Shown: positions 29,127 to 37,719 of the stretch, in pieces
How the letters are laid out: each line of letters opens with the position of its first letter
Numbering within the stretch: the stretch's first letter is position 1
Origin: an uncultured Armatimonadetes bacterium
GTDB taxonomy: Bacteria > Armatimonadota > Hebobacteria > Hebobacterales > Hebobacteraceae
NCBI GenBank assembly: GCA_963716175.1
Contig: OY970296.1
Coordinates: 2,848,001-2,912,000, forward strand
Reading direction: 5' to 3'
Length of the DNA stretch: 64,000 nucleotides
Translations under genes and position numbers: made by a program
The notes under the pieces: generated by a model
Database searches by the model: none
The model's input: the letters and a program-made list of their open reading frames with translations, nothing else
Told to the model about the DNA's origin: nothing

Positions 29127-29381
29127 AGTAGCGGAACGGTAGCGGTTCGGTGGCGCTTTTGCGGGCTGCGCGCTGTTTTCGGGTTTCTTGAGGGCCCGAA
29201 GCGCGTACTGGCGAATAGGCGCTGACGGCACCAGGACGCTCTCTAAAGCACCTCCGTGGCTCGCGAGGTCGCGTCGGGGCGACGTCGCACGCGGTGGCGG
29301 TTTGGTGGCGGATCGGTAGCGTTTTGGTGGCGGTCGCGCACCCCCAAGAGTGTACACTTGGTAGCGGATCGGTGGCGGTCG
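29127..29381. repeat. Nine 11-bp-phased GGTRGCG repeats in three clusters
   Basis: 29127-29159 (3), 29293-29336 (4), 29360-29381 (2); palindrome AGTGTACACT at 29349-29358. Confidence 0.75.
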
Positions 29382-29513
29382 CGGCCTCCGCGAGCGCTGC
29401 CAGCGCGTCTCCACGGCTCTCCGCGCTGAGACGCGTAGAGAGCGGAGAGGTAAGGGCATGGCTATGGCGAACAGGCGTTTTGCTGAAGCCGATGTCGGAG
29501 ATAAGAGGGAGCC

Positions 29514-30545
29514 ATGACCACCACAGACGGAGAGGCGGGCCAACCGCCGCCGGTTCCTGGCGAGGAGGCGACGAGGCGAGACGCGCGCTCGCCCGCCCCG
29601 TTGCCCGACTGGCTGCGTGACCTCACCCAGTACGCCAGCCAATTGGGGAGCATGTTGCCCCCCGCCTTGGCATGGCTCACCCCACTGCTGGAATCGCTTC
29701 GGCCGCTTGCGGCGCGAATGCAGGCCGCGGTCGAAGCGTGGCAGCGGGCGCTCGACAGCCCGCAAGCTCGCAAGCTTCTCCAGGGCCTTGTCGCATTGGC
29801 CGAAGTGATAGAGGCTGCTCCCGCTTACTGCGCCCCCTACAACCAGCAGATCGCCGAGCTGGGTCTGACGCCGCTGAGCAAGGATGAGGAGCGGGACTTC
29901 GCGGTGATGGCCGCGCTCATCGGCCGAGAGGACGAGCTCGGGACCGGGCGACGCGTACCCCTCGTGCAGGTCGCTCTGGCGGGGAACCGATCGGATATCG
30001 CGCTGGCGCTGATGCTCCAGCGGGGGCTGGGGCAGACGGCCATTCGCAGCGTGCAGGTGGCCGATGCTGACCGACGGGATGACCTCGACGGAGAGGCCGT
30101 CGTGGCGCTGGGCGAGGAGATCCTGCCCGACTTCGAGCGGCGCCTGAAGGAGATCCGGCTCTCCGAGGCCAGGGCCCGCTTGGGCCCACTCCTCCGAGAT
30201 GTCACCAAGGACGCCTACCTCGTCACCGCCATCCGCCGGGAGTTGGTGCGCTATCTGGTGAAGGAGCAGCAGCGTGCCAGCCGGGAGCATCTCGCGGAGC
30301 CGGCGGAAATCGCGGTGCGCGTGGAAGCGTTGTCAATAGACGCCCTGCAGGTGAAGAAGCTCATCTCGCGATTCGCCCATCGGGGTGGTGCCAAGCCAAT
30401 CGACGCCCAGCTCGTCGCCGCCCTCTGCGATGACTCCACGCGCAGCATGGCCTCTCTTGCCCGGGAGCTGGGCGTGGCCGAACGGACGCTGCGGCATCGC
30501 CGGAGGTTGCTGAGGGAGTTCATCAGCGAGCACCTGGTGGAATAG
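29514..30545 (+). CDS. Hypothetical protein with C-terminal HTH (sigma region 4-like)
   Basis: SMASLARELGVAERTLRHRR; AGGGAG RBS. Confidence 0.65.
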   Translation: MTTTDGEAGQPPPVPGEEATRRDARSPAPLPDWLRDLTQYASQLGSMLPPALAWLTPLLESLRPLAARMQAAVEAWQRALDSPQARKLLQGLVALAEVIEAAPAYCAPYNQQIAELGLTPLSKDEERDFAVMAALIGREDELGTGRRVPLVQVALAGNRSDIALALMLQRGLGQTAIRSVQVADADRRDDLDGEAVVALGEEILPDFERRLKEIRLSEARARLGPLLRDVTKDAYLVTAIRRELVRYLVKEQQRASREHLAEPAEIAVRVEALSIDALQVKKLISRFAHRGGAKPIDAQLVAALCDDSTRSMASLARELGVAERTLRHRRRLLREFISEHLVE

Positions 30546-30696
30546 GCGCGAAAGATAACTTGCCGATTCCGTCCCCGGCTCTCCTTATAGAGAGTGTATC
30601 GGGGCGGAGCGTGTGACAGGGCCCGCCGCCGAGGTGGGCCCTGTTGTTCTCCGGGTGACTCGGCGCCTCCGCCCCCACTTGAGAAGGGAGACGTCG

Positions 30697-31269
30697 ATGA
30701 CCGACAACAGGACGGACCCGCCGCCCTGGGCGAGAGGGCCCGACGAATCACCGGTGGCCCACGCCGCTTTCTTGGCGTATCGCGACCTGGGCCAGGGGCG
30801 CAGCTTCGTGGGTGCCGGCCGGGCGGTGGGCAAGAGCGACTCCTTGATTCGGCGCTGGGCACTGCGGCATCGCTGGAAGGCGCGCGCCTGGGCCTGGGAT
30901 GTCGCCCAGTCACAACAGGACGAGGCGGTGGCGCGTCGGGAGCGGGATGACACAGTACGGCAGCTGATGGACGACGCGTCGCGCCTATGGCGGGCGGCGA
31001 TGGCGTATTTCTGGTCCCTCATCGACCGCGATCCGGAAACCGGCAAGCCAGTATTCGGTCCCAAGTTCACGCCCGTGGTGGCGTTGAGATTCTGCGAACT
31101 CGCACTCAGGGTGCAGACGGGCCTGGCGGAACGCCGCGATCCGGCCGAGTCGGACCAGCCGGCCGACCCCTTCCAGCTCACCAACTCGGAGCTCAAAGAA
31201 CTCGTCGGCCTGGCGAGAGAGTTGACGCAGGGAAAGGAGCCAACAGATGAAGACACTCACCAACAGTAG
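30697..31269 (+). CDS. Putative terminase small subunit-like HTH protein
   Basis: W...ES..A..AF..YRDLG..RS...GKS...I.RW....W..RA.AWD signature; lies upstream of MTase and TerL. Confidence 0.7.
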   Translation: MTDNRTDPPPWARGPDESPVAHAAFLAYRDLGQGRSFVGAGRAVGKSDSLIRRWALRHRWKARAWAWDVAQSQQDEAVARRERDDTVRQLMDDASRLWRAAMAYFWSLIDRDPETGKPVFGPKFTPVVALRFCELALRVQTGLAERRDPAESDQPADPFQLTNSELKELVGLARELTQGKEPTDEDTHQQ

Positions 31270-32572
31270 CAGCACGCGCGCCTCAGGCAAACAGCCGAAT
31301 CGCCCGCTCCACGCCGCCCGGCCCGGGCAGTCCAACACCGCCCGGGTGCGGGTCGAACACGTTCCCGTCGACAGCATCCATCCATGGGAGGCCAATCCCC
31401 GCCACATGCCACCGGGGGAGATGGAGAGCCTCCAGCGATCGGTCGCTCAGTGGGGATTGGTGCAGCCCTTGCTGGTGCGCCGCGCCGACAACACCATCAT
31501 CGCCGGGCACCAGCGACTGGAGGCGGCCATGGCGCTGGGGCTCAAGACCGTGCCGGTCGTGTTTGTCGACATCTCGGCGGAGGAGGCGACGGCGCTGAAC
31601 CTGGCCCTCAACCGCATCTCCGGTGAGTGGGATGTGGCGAAACTCGGCGAGCTGCTGGAGGAACTGCAGCGCCTACCCGGCATCGACGAAACGCTCACCG
31701 GCTTCTCTACCGATGAGATCAATGACATCCTGGCCGAGCTTGAACGGCAGAAGGCGCCGGACCCGCGGGAAGAGAGCTTCCCGCTTGCGGCCGAGGCGCT
31801 GCAGCAGTGGATGGAGCAGGCTCCCACCCGAGTAAGCAAAGGAGAGCTGTGGATCCTGGGTCGTCACCGGCTGCTCTGCGGTGACAGCTTGGCCAACGGC
31901 ATGCTCGACCGGCTGTGTGAGACCAACCGAGTTGACTTGGTACTGACGGATCCGCCATACGGCATCGGCTATCAGTCATCCCAGCCCGGCCCCGGTCGGC
32001 GCAAGCGCAGGATCGCCAACGACGGCGCGAACGACTTCGAGACGTTTCTGGCGAGAGCACTGCCGGCCATCAAGTCAGTGATGAAGCGCGGGTCGGCGCT
32101 GTACTGGTTCGCGGGAGGCGGTGGCAGCGAGCCGGTGCTCGCGAAAGCGCTGCTGGCGATCAGCGAGCATCTCGATCTCCAGAACGTCCTGGTCTGGGAT
32201 AAGATTGACCCAGGCCTGGGCTGGCGCTGGCGGCGATCGTGGGAGGCGATTGTGGAGGCCTCTTACGGCCAGCCCAAGGTCTGGCACGGAGGCACCGACA
32301 GACGGAACGTTCTCCGCTTCCCCAAGGCCATCCCGCAGGCCGATGACCATCCCACTCCGAAGCCGGTGCCGTTGCTGGAGGAGATCATCCGTGCGGCCGC
32401 CCCGGCGCAGGGCCGGGTGCTCGATCCCTTCGCCGGCTCGGGCTCGACTCTCATCGCGGCGGAGCGGACCGGCCGGACCTGCCTGGCGGTCGAGCTCGAA
32501 CCCCGCTACTGCGACATCGTGCTGGCCCGCTGGGAGGCGCTGACTCAGGCTAAGGCAGCGCGAGCCGGGTGA
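31247..32572 (+). CDS. ParB N-terminal domain + DNA N6/N4-methyltransferase (phage type)
   Basis: NPR, IIAGHQRL (ParB-N); LGRHRLLCGD, TDPPY, HPTPKP, VLDPFAGSGST. Confidence 0.92.
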   Translation: MKTLTNSSSTRASGKQPNRPLHAARPGQSNTARVRVEHVPVDSIHPWEANPRHMPPGEMESLQRSVAQWGLVQPLLVRRADNTIIAGHQRLEAAMALGLKTVPVVFVDISAEEATALNLALNRISGEWDVAKLGELLEELQRLPGIDETLTGFSTDEINDILAELERQKAPDPREESFPLAAEALQQWMEQAPTRVSKGELWILGRHRLLCGDSLANGMLDRLCETNRVDLVLTDPPYGIGYQSSQPGPGRRKRRIANDGANDFETFLARALPAIKSVMKRGSALYWFAGGGGSEPVLAKALLAISEHLDLQNVLVWDKIDPGLGWRWRRSWEAIVEASYGQPKVWHGGTDRRNVLRFPKAIPQADDHPTPKPVPLLEEIIRAAAPAQGRVLDPFAGSGSTLIAAERTGRTCLAVELEPRYCDIVLARWEALTQAKAARAG

Positions 32573-32630
32573 TGTGCTGCCTCAGGGGAAACGCAGACGC
32601 AGCAGTACAGACCATGAATGGAGCAGACCG

Positions 32631-34220
32631 ATGGCACAAGCGACACGACCAGCCGAGGAGGCGAAGCTCCGGAAGCTGCGCGAGTATGCACGAAGGGCGC
32701 AGGCGATCCTCGCACTGCGCGCCGATCCCCGGCGCTGGATCGAGGACAACCTGTTCATCCGGACCAAGGACCAGCGGCTGATACCGCTGGCGCTGAACGC
32801 CGTGCAGGCCGACTACTACACTCGGCGAGGGCTTCGGGATCTGATCCTGAAGCCGCGGCAATTGGGGTTCACGACGCTGATCTGCGCGCTCTTCTTCGCC
32901 GACACGGGGCTGCATCCCAATACCGCATCGGTGATCGTCGCCCACGACGCGGACTCGGCCCGGCGGATCTTCGCCATCGTCCGGCTGTTCTGGGAACGGC
33001 TGCCCGAAACCGAGAAGCGGCGGATGGGGAAGCCCCAGATCCTGAACCGCCAGGAGATGTATTGGCCCAAGCTCAACTCTCGCTTCTACGTGGGCACTGC
33101 TGGCGCATTCACCTTCGGCCGGGGGCAAACCATCAGTAACCTTCATTGCTCGGAGTTCGCCTTCTGGCCCAAGCCGGAGGAGGCACTCATTGCGATCTCA
33201 CAGGCGGTGCCGTCCGGGGGTCGGATCGTGATCGAGTCCAGCGCGAACGGGATGGCCAACTTCCTCTGTGAACTCTGGTCCCAGACCAAAGAGGGCGCCA
33301 CCGGCTACACTCCACATTTCTACCGCTGGTGGCAGGATCCGACCTACCAGCTTCCGGGGGAGCCACTCCAAGGGCTGAGCGAGGAGGAGGTCCATCTCCA
33401 GAGTGCCTATCGCCTGAGCGATGAGCAGCTACGGTGGCGGCGGGCGAAGCAGCAGGAGTTGCGGATGCGCTTCCTCCAGGAGTACCCGGAGGATGATGTC
33501 ACCTGTTTCCTGGCGACCGGGCGCTGCTGCTTCGACACCCGCGCGCTGCTCGCGGCCCAACAGCGCATCGCGGCGGAGCCCGAGCCGGTGCTACTGGCCT
33601 CGCTGCCCGATGCGGAAGGAGGGGCCCTGGCAATCGCGCCAGCGACGCTCGCCATCTACCGCGCGCCGGAGCAGGGCAAGGAGTACGTCGTCGGGGCCGA
33701 CATCGGAGAGGGGCTGGCCCACGGGGATGCCTCCGCGGCCTGCGTGCTGGAATACGAGTCGGGCGAGCAGGTGGCTGAGCTACATGGGCGCGTCTCGCCG
33801 GAGCGCTTCGCCAGGTTGCTGGATGCGCTGAGCAGATACTACGGCACCGCCAGGCTGGGGGTTGAAAGGAATCAGCACGGTCATTCCACGCTCAACACGC
33901 TCTACAACACGCTCCACTATCCCCGCCTCTACCAGCACTCCCGCTACGACCAGCACGATGCCGAGACGACGACCCTGGGCTGGCCCACCGATGTCTCCAC
34001 CAAGCCGATCCTCGTGGATGACTTCGCGGCCGCGATCGCCGAGGGTCACCTGCGGATGCATTCGTCGGGGTTGGTGGAGGAGTGCCTCTCCTTCGTCACC
34101 ACCGACACGGGCTCCCAGGAGGCGGGGCCCGGCCATCACGACGACCGGGTCATCGCCGGCGGCATCGCTTGGCAAATCCGGAAGAGACGAGAGCCGGAGG
34201 TAGGGGGCTTCCAGGCGTAG
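32631..34220 (+). CDS. Phage terminase large subunit
   Basis: LKPRQLGFTT (Walker A), LHCSEFAFW (Walker B), IESSANG, VGADIGEG, HDDRV. Confidence 0.92.
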   Translation: MAQATRPAEEAKLRKLREYARRAQAILALRADPRRWIEDNLFIRTKDQRLIPLALNAVQADYYTRRGLRDLILKPRQLGFTTLICALFFADTGLHPNTASVIVAHDADSARRIFAIVRLFWERLPETEKRRMGKPQILNRQEMYWPKLNSRFYVGTAGAFTFGRGQTISNLHCSEFAFWPKPEEALIAISQAVPSGGRIVIESSANGMANFLCELWSQTKEGATGYTPHFYRWWQDPTYQLPGEPLQGLSEEEVHLQSAYRLSDEQLRWRRAKQQELRMRFLQEYPEDDVTCFLATGRCCFDTRALLAAQQRIAAEPEPVLLASLPDAEGGALAIAPATLAIYRAPEQGKEYVVGADIGEGLAHGDASAACVLEYESGEQVAELHGRVSPERFARLLDALSRYYGTARLGVERNQHGHSTLNTLYNTLHYPRLYQHSRYDQHDAETTTLGWPTDVSTKPILVDDFAAAIAEGHLRMHSSGLVEECLSFVTTDTGSQEAGPGHHDDRVIAGGIAWQIRKRREPEVGGFQA

Positions 34221-34233
34221 TGCGAAGAGCAGG

Positions 34234-34378
34234 GGCTGGGCCGGGAGCGACGTTCTTATCAGTTGGGTCAAGGCCCGAGTCGGATTCCTGTCGTCTCCCG
34301 GCTCACCGCCTCCTCTCACTTGCCTGCCGGCCACTCCTCAATCCTGCATGAGGCCACCACCACTATCCATGATACGAG
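34234..34378 (-). mobile_element. Orphan IS110 left end (bridge RNA 5' part and target loop only)
   Basis: Close homolog of 2174-2315 including TATCAT and the CT core; donor loop and transposase absent. Confidence 0.85.
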
Positions 34379-34560
34379 TCGGAATATCGTCCGATTCCCA
34401 AGGGCTTCCGGGCCGGCTCCGCGGGCGCATTACGGACAGCGTGTGCCAGCAGGAGGACCGCTTCGCGACGAAGCCGTCCAGAGGTATCCGTGGCGCCACG
34501 AAGAACAGGAGCACTGCCCACGGTGCGGCGCCGCCCGGCAGGCCGGAAGAGGATAGCTGA

Positions 34561-35580
34561 GTGACTCACGCCGACACTGGAAAGAATGATGCCTGTCCTT
34601 GCGGCAGTGGCCGGACCTATGGGGAGTGTTGCCTCGGACGGCAGGAAGCCCCGACTACCTCTCCCGTTATTGCGGATGCCATCGCGGGGCTGCGCCAGGC
34701 GCTCGCGGGCAGGGAGTTCTCCTCGGAGCAGGATCTCCAAGCCTACGTGCGTAGCCTCAGTGACCAGCGCAATCAGAGACCGCTCAATGACTTCTGCGGC
34801 CTGTCGGCCCATCAGATGCACCGGTTTCTTCACTTCCCCTTTGACTCTCCGCAGCTGGTGACCTTCCCCCCTTGCCTCGCAGTCACCCCGCGGGCACCGC
34901 TGCTCACCCTGTTTCGGCTGCTTGCGGAAGCTCTCGGTGAGCAAGGGCTGAAGGCGACGGCCAAAGGAAACCTCCCGCGGAAGTTCGTCCAGGAGGCGGC
35001 CCTGGCGTTCGAAAGGCAAGGACGTCATGAGAGATACGCTCCCGTCGCCATTCGTACGGAGGAGGACTTCTACGAACTGCACGTTACCCGGCTGGTCGCC
35101 GGGCTGAGCGGGCTGGTCCACAAGACCAAGGGGCGGTTCTTGCTGAGCCCCGCCGGCCGCACGGTGCTCACGGACGAGGGCTTGGCCGGCCTCTACCCCA
35201 GACTCTCTCTGACCTATGTGCGGGACTTCAACTGGAGCTATTGGGATCGGTATCCGGAGCTTCCCTTCATCCAGCAGTCCTTCCTCTTCACGCTCTACCT
35301 TCTCCGCTGCTACGGCGACCAGTGGCGCCCCAGCACCTTCTATGAGGACGCCTTCCTGAAGGCCTTCCCCAAGCTCCTGCAGGAGGTGGAGCCCCTGCCC
35401 TACAGCTCGCCGGAGCAAACTGTGCGCCGCTGCTACTCCTGGCGCTGCCTGGAACGGTTTGCCGGCTTCCTCAGTCTGATAGAAGTCGAGAGAGAATCGA
35501 ACCGACTCCTGGACCGGAGCTTCCGACTGAGGAGCACGCCTCTGCTGAAGGCAGCGGTCGAGTTCAGGGCTGGTCTCTGA
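34561..35580 (+). CDS. SEC-C metal-binding motif protein
   Basis: GKNDACPCGSGRTYGECC at the N-terminus; GTG start with GAGGA RBS. Confidence 0.8.
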   Translation: MTHADTGKNDACPCGSGRTYGECCLGRQEAPTTSPVIADAIAGLRQALAGREFSSEQDLQAYVRSLSDQRNQRPLNDFCGLSAHQMHRFLHFPFDSPQLVTFPPCLAVTPRAPLLTLFRLLAEALGEQGLKATAKGNLPRKFVQEAALAFERQGRHERYAPVAIRTEEDFYELHVTRLVAGLSGLVHKTKGRFLLSPAGRTVLTDEGLAGLYPRLSLTYVRDFNWSYWDRYPELPFIQQSFLFTLYLLRCYGDQWRPSTFYEDAFLKAFPKLLQEVEPLPYSSPEQTVRRCYSWRCLERFAGFLSLIEVERESNRLLDRSFRLRSTPLLKAAVEFRAGL

Positions 35581-35604
35581 GTCGTCGCCCCGGACTCGAT
35601 GCGG

Positions 35605-35947
35605 TTCACAAGTGGGCCTGGGACAGCAACTGAGGGACTCAGACCGGCTCCGGCCTCCAGGGGTGGCGGTGCGACAGCGCGCGTGACGACGACGATGGGA
35701 CATGGATGAGTCGTGACAGGCATCGGGTGGGGTGGAAGAGGGTCGCGAACCCGCGGTGAGACGCGCCGGAGCGGGAGGTTACACCGACCGCGGTGGGCAG
35801 AGGAGTCAGGCGGCGAGTCGGTAGGCGGTGATCCGGGTGTCGGGGAAGACGCGGCGCTCCAGGTTGGTCGGCAGTGTCTTGGCTGACTTCCCCGGCTTAT
35901 CCCACCGCTCACCCCGATACCTCACTGTGGGGACCGCGCCCCCCAGC
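35605..35947 (-). pseudogene. 3' fragment and trailer of an IS481-like transposase, inverted relative to copy 3
   Basis: Reverse complement of ~26296-26620 (LGGAVPTVRY...YRLAA); left boundary approximate. Confidence 0.8.
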
Positions 35948-36321
35948 CTAGCGCGCGTGCCGCATGCCTTCTCGCCGCGGTCGATGAGGGCCAGGACTCA
36001 CTTGGACCGCTCGAGTGGCGGCCCGAGCCCCAGACGCTGCGCATCAACGTCGGGACCGGCGCTCCAGACAAGCCCGGAGAGGTCAGGATTCGTGAGCTGA
36101 GCATCGGACGGCCGCAGGAGCCTGCTACTTGCCTCCCGGGGGGACAAGCGAGGGGCCGACGGCTCTGGCGTGCGCCCCGGTTCATGCCATTCCGTGACTG
36201 GGCTACACGGCCTGCCGCGCGTCTTGTACCATGCCAGCCCTTAGTGCTATCTTCAGCTAGTGCGCCATCTGCGGCCAACCATGCGGTGAGCCCAGGTGTG
36301 GCTTCGCAACGGAGGAGCGAG

Positions 36322-37704
36322 ATGCGTATCTTCGTCTGTCTGCTGATCGGGGCCCTGCCTTCCTGGGGATCCGCCGCTGCTGCTGTCTCCCAGCCCGCCC
36401 CAGTCCCGACTGACACCGTCTCCGCGAGTTCGGGTAACCTCGTCCCCACCCCCGGATTCGAGGAGATCGCGGACGGCCTGCCTGTGGGCTGGACGACACA
36501 TGCGCCTCGCCCTGAGATCGCCCCTGCTTTCGCCTCGGACAGCGAAGTCGCGCGGTCTGGCCGGCGTTCTCTCCGCCTTTCGGGAGATGGGAAGATGGGG
36601 GTGGTAGGGTGGGTCACGGGCAGCTGCTCAGGCATCCGGGCGGGAAGCACGTACGAGCTGGTCGCGCACTTCCGGGCGGAAGGGATTCCCAGCTCCCAGG
36701 AGTCGGTGTGGGTGAACCTGACCTGGCGGCGCGACGCCTCCGACCCCAGGCCGCGGGTAGCCTACCTCTCTGCGGTAACGCGGGAAGGGGACTGGTGGCA
36801 GGTATCAGGCCGACTCCGGGCCCCGGAGAGCGCCACCATCGCCGACATCTCCCTCGGCCTTCGCCAGGCTCCTGACGGGCGGCTGTGGTGGGACGACGTT
36901 TCGCTCCGGGAGGTGCCGGCCGGCCCGCCCCGTCGTATCCGGCTGGCCACCACACTTGTGCCGCGAGCGGAGCACAATCCCGCGGGATGGCGGAAGGCGA
37001 TCGAGCGGGCCGGGGACGGAAAGGCTGATGTGGTCTGCTTGGGCGAACTCCCCCCGATCGTTGTTCCTGACCCGGGGACTCGTCCGACTATCCCGGGGGC
37101 GGCCACTGCAGTCCTGGCCGAACTCGCCCGGAAGTACCACATGCTGATTATTGTCAGTCTTCCCGAATGGAAGGGAGACGTGTTCTACAACACGGCCGTG
37201 ATCATAGGCCGTGACGGCGACGTCCTGGGAACATATCGCAAGAGCCATCTCCCCGAAGTAGAGGTGGAGCGAGGCAGCACGCCCGGCTCGGAACTCCCGG
37301 TTTTCGACACCGACATCGGCCGCATCGGCCTCCAGATCTGCTACGACCACTTCTTCCCCGAGGTCGCTCGCGTGCTGGCGCTGAAGGGCGCGGAGATCAT
37401 CTTCACTCCCATCGCCGCGGATGAGCGTGCGGCCTACAGAGAGGTGGCCGTGGCGCGGGCCGTTGACAACAGTGTGTTCTACGTCACCTCCACCCGCGGT
37501 GACCCCAGCAGCCTGATAGTGGACCCATCTGGCCGTGTCCTGGCAGAGGCCACGGGCAACCCGGAGGTGGTCTTCGCGGATGTGGATCTCGACGCACCTC
37601 ACTATGAGTTCGAACTGTCGGTCGAGGGCGAGGCCGAGTTCCGGCACCTGTGGCCCAAGGAGCGGCGCCCTTCTCTCTATCGCGAGCTAACTGAGGAGCG
37701 GTGA
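36322..37704 (+). CDS. Secreted carbon-nitrogen hydrolase (nitrilase family) with N-terminal CBM4/9-like domain
   Basis: Signal peptide, NLV..PGFE, WWDDVSL; catalytic LGE, YRKSHL, ICYD. Confidence 0.88.
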   Translation: MRIFVCLLIGALPSWGSAAAAVSQPAPVPTDTVSASSGNLVPTPGFEEIADGLPVGWTTHAPRPEIAPAFASDSEVARSGRRSLRLSGDGKMGVVGWVTGSCSGIRAGSTYELVAHFRAEGIPSSQESVWVNLTWRRDASDPRPRVAYLSAVTREGDWWQVSGRLRAPESATIADISLGLRQAPDGRLWWDDVSLREVPAGPPRRIRLATTLVPRAEHNPAGWRKAIERAGDGKADVVCLGELPPIVVPDPGTRPTIPGAATAVLAELARKYHMLIIVSLPEWKGDVFYNTAVIIGRDGDVLGTYRKSHLPEVEVERGSTPGSELPVFDTDIGRIGLQICYDHFFPEVARVLALKGAEIIFTPIAADERAAYREVAVARAVDNSVFYVTSTRGDPSSLIVDPSGRVLAEATGNPEVVFADVDLDAPHYEFELSVEGEAEFRHLWPKERRPSLYRELTEER

Positions 37705-37719
37705 CCGCTTTGTCTCCTG

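Noticed and set aside
29046-30290. 414-aa minus-strand ORF
   Set aside because: Antisense to 29514-30545 and running through the repeat array; no motifs.
31247-32572. Restriction-modification system
   Set aside because: The methylase is the ParB-fused type found in phage packaging regions, and no endonuclease is adjacent.
27063-34220. Intact prophage
   Set aside because: No portal, capsid, tail, lysis or replication genes in the window.
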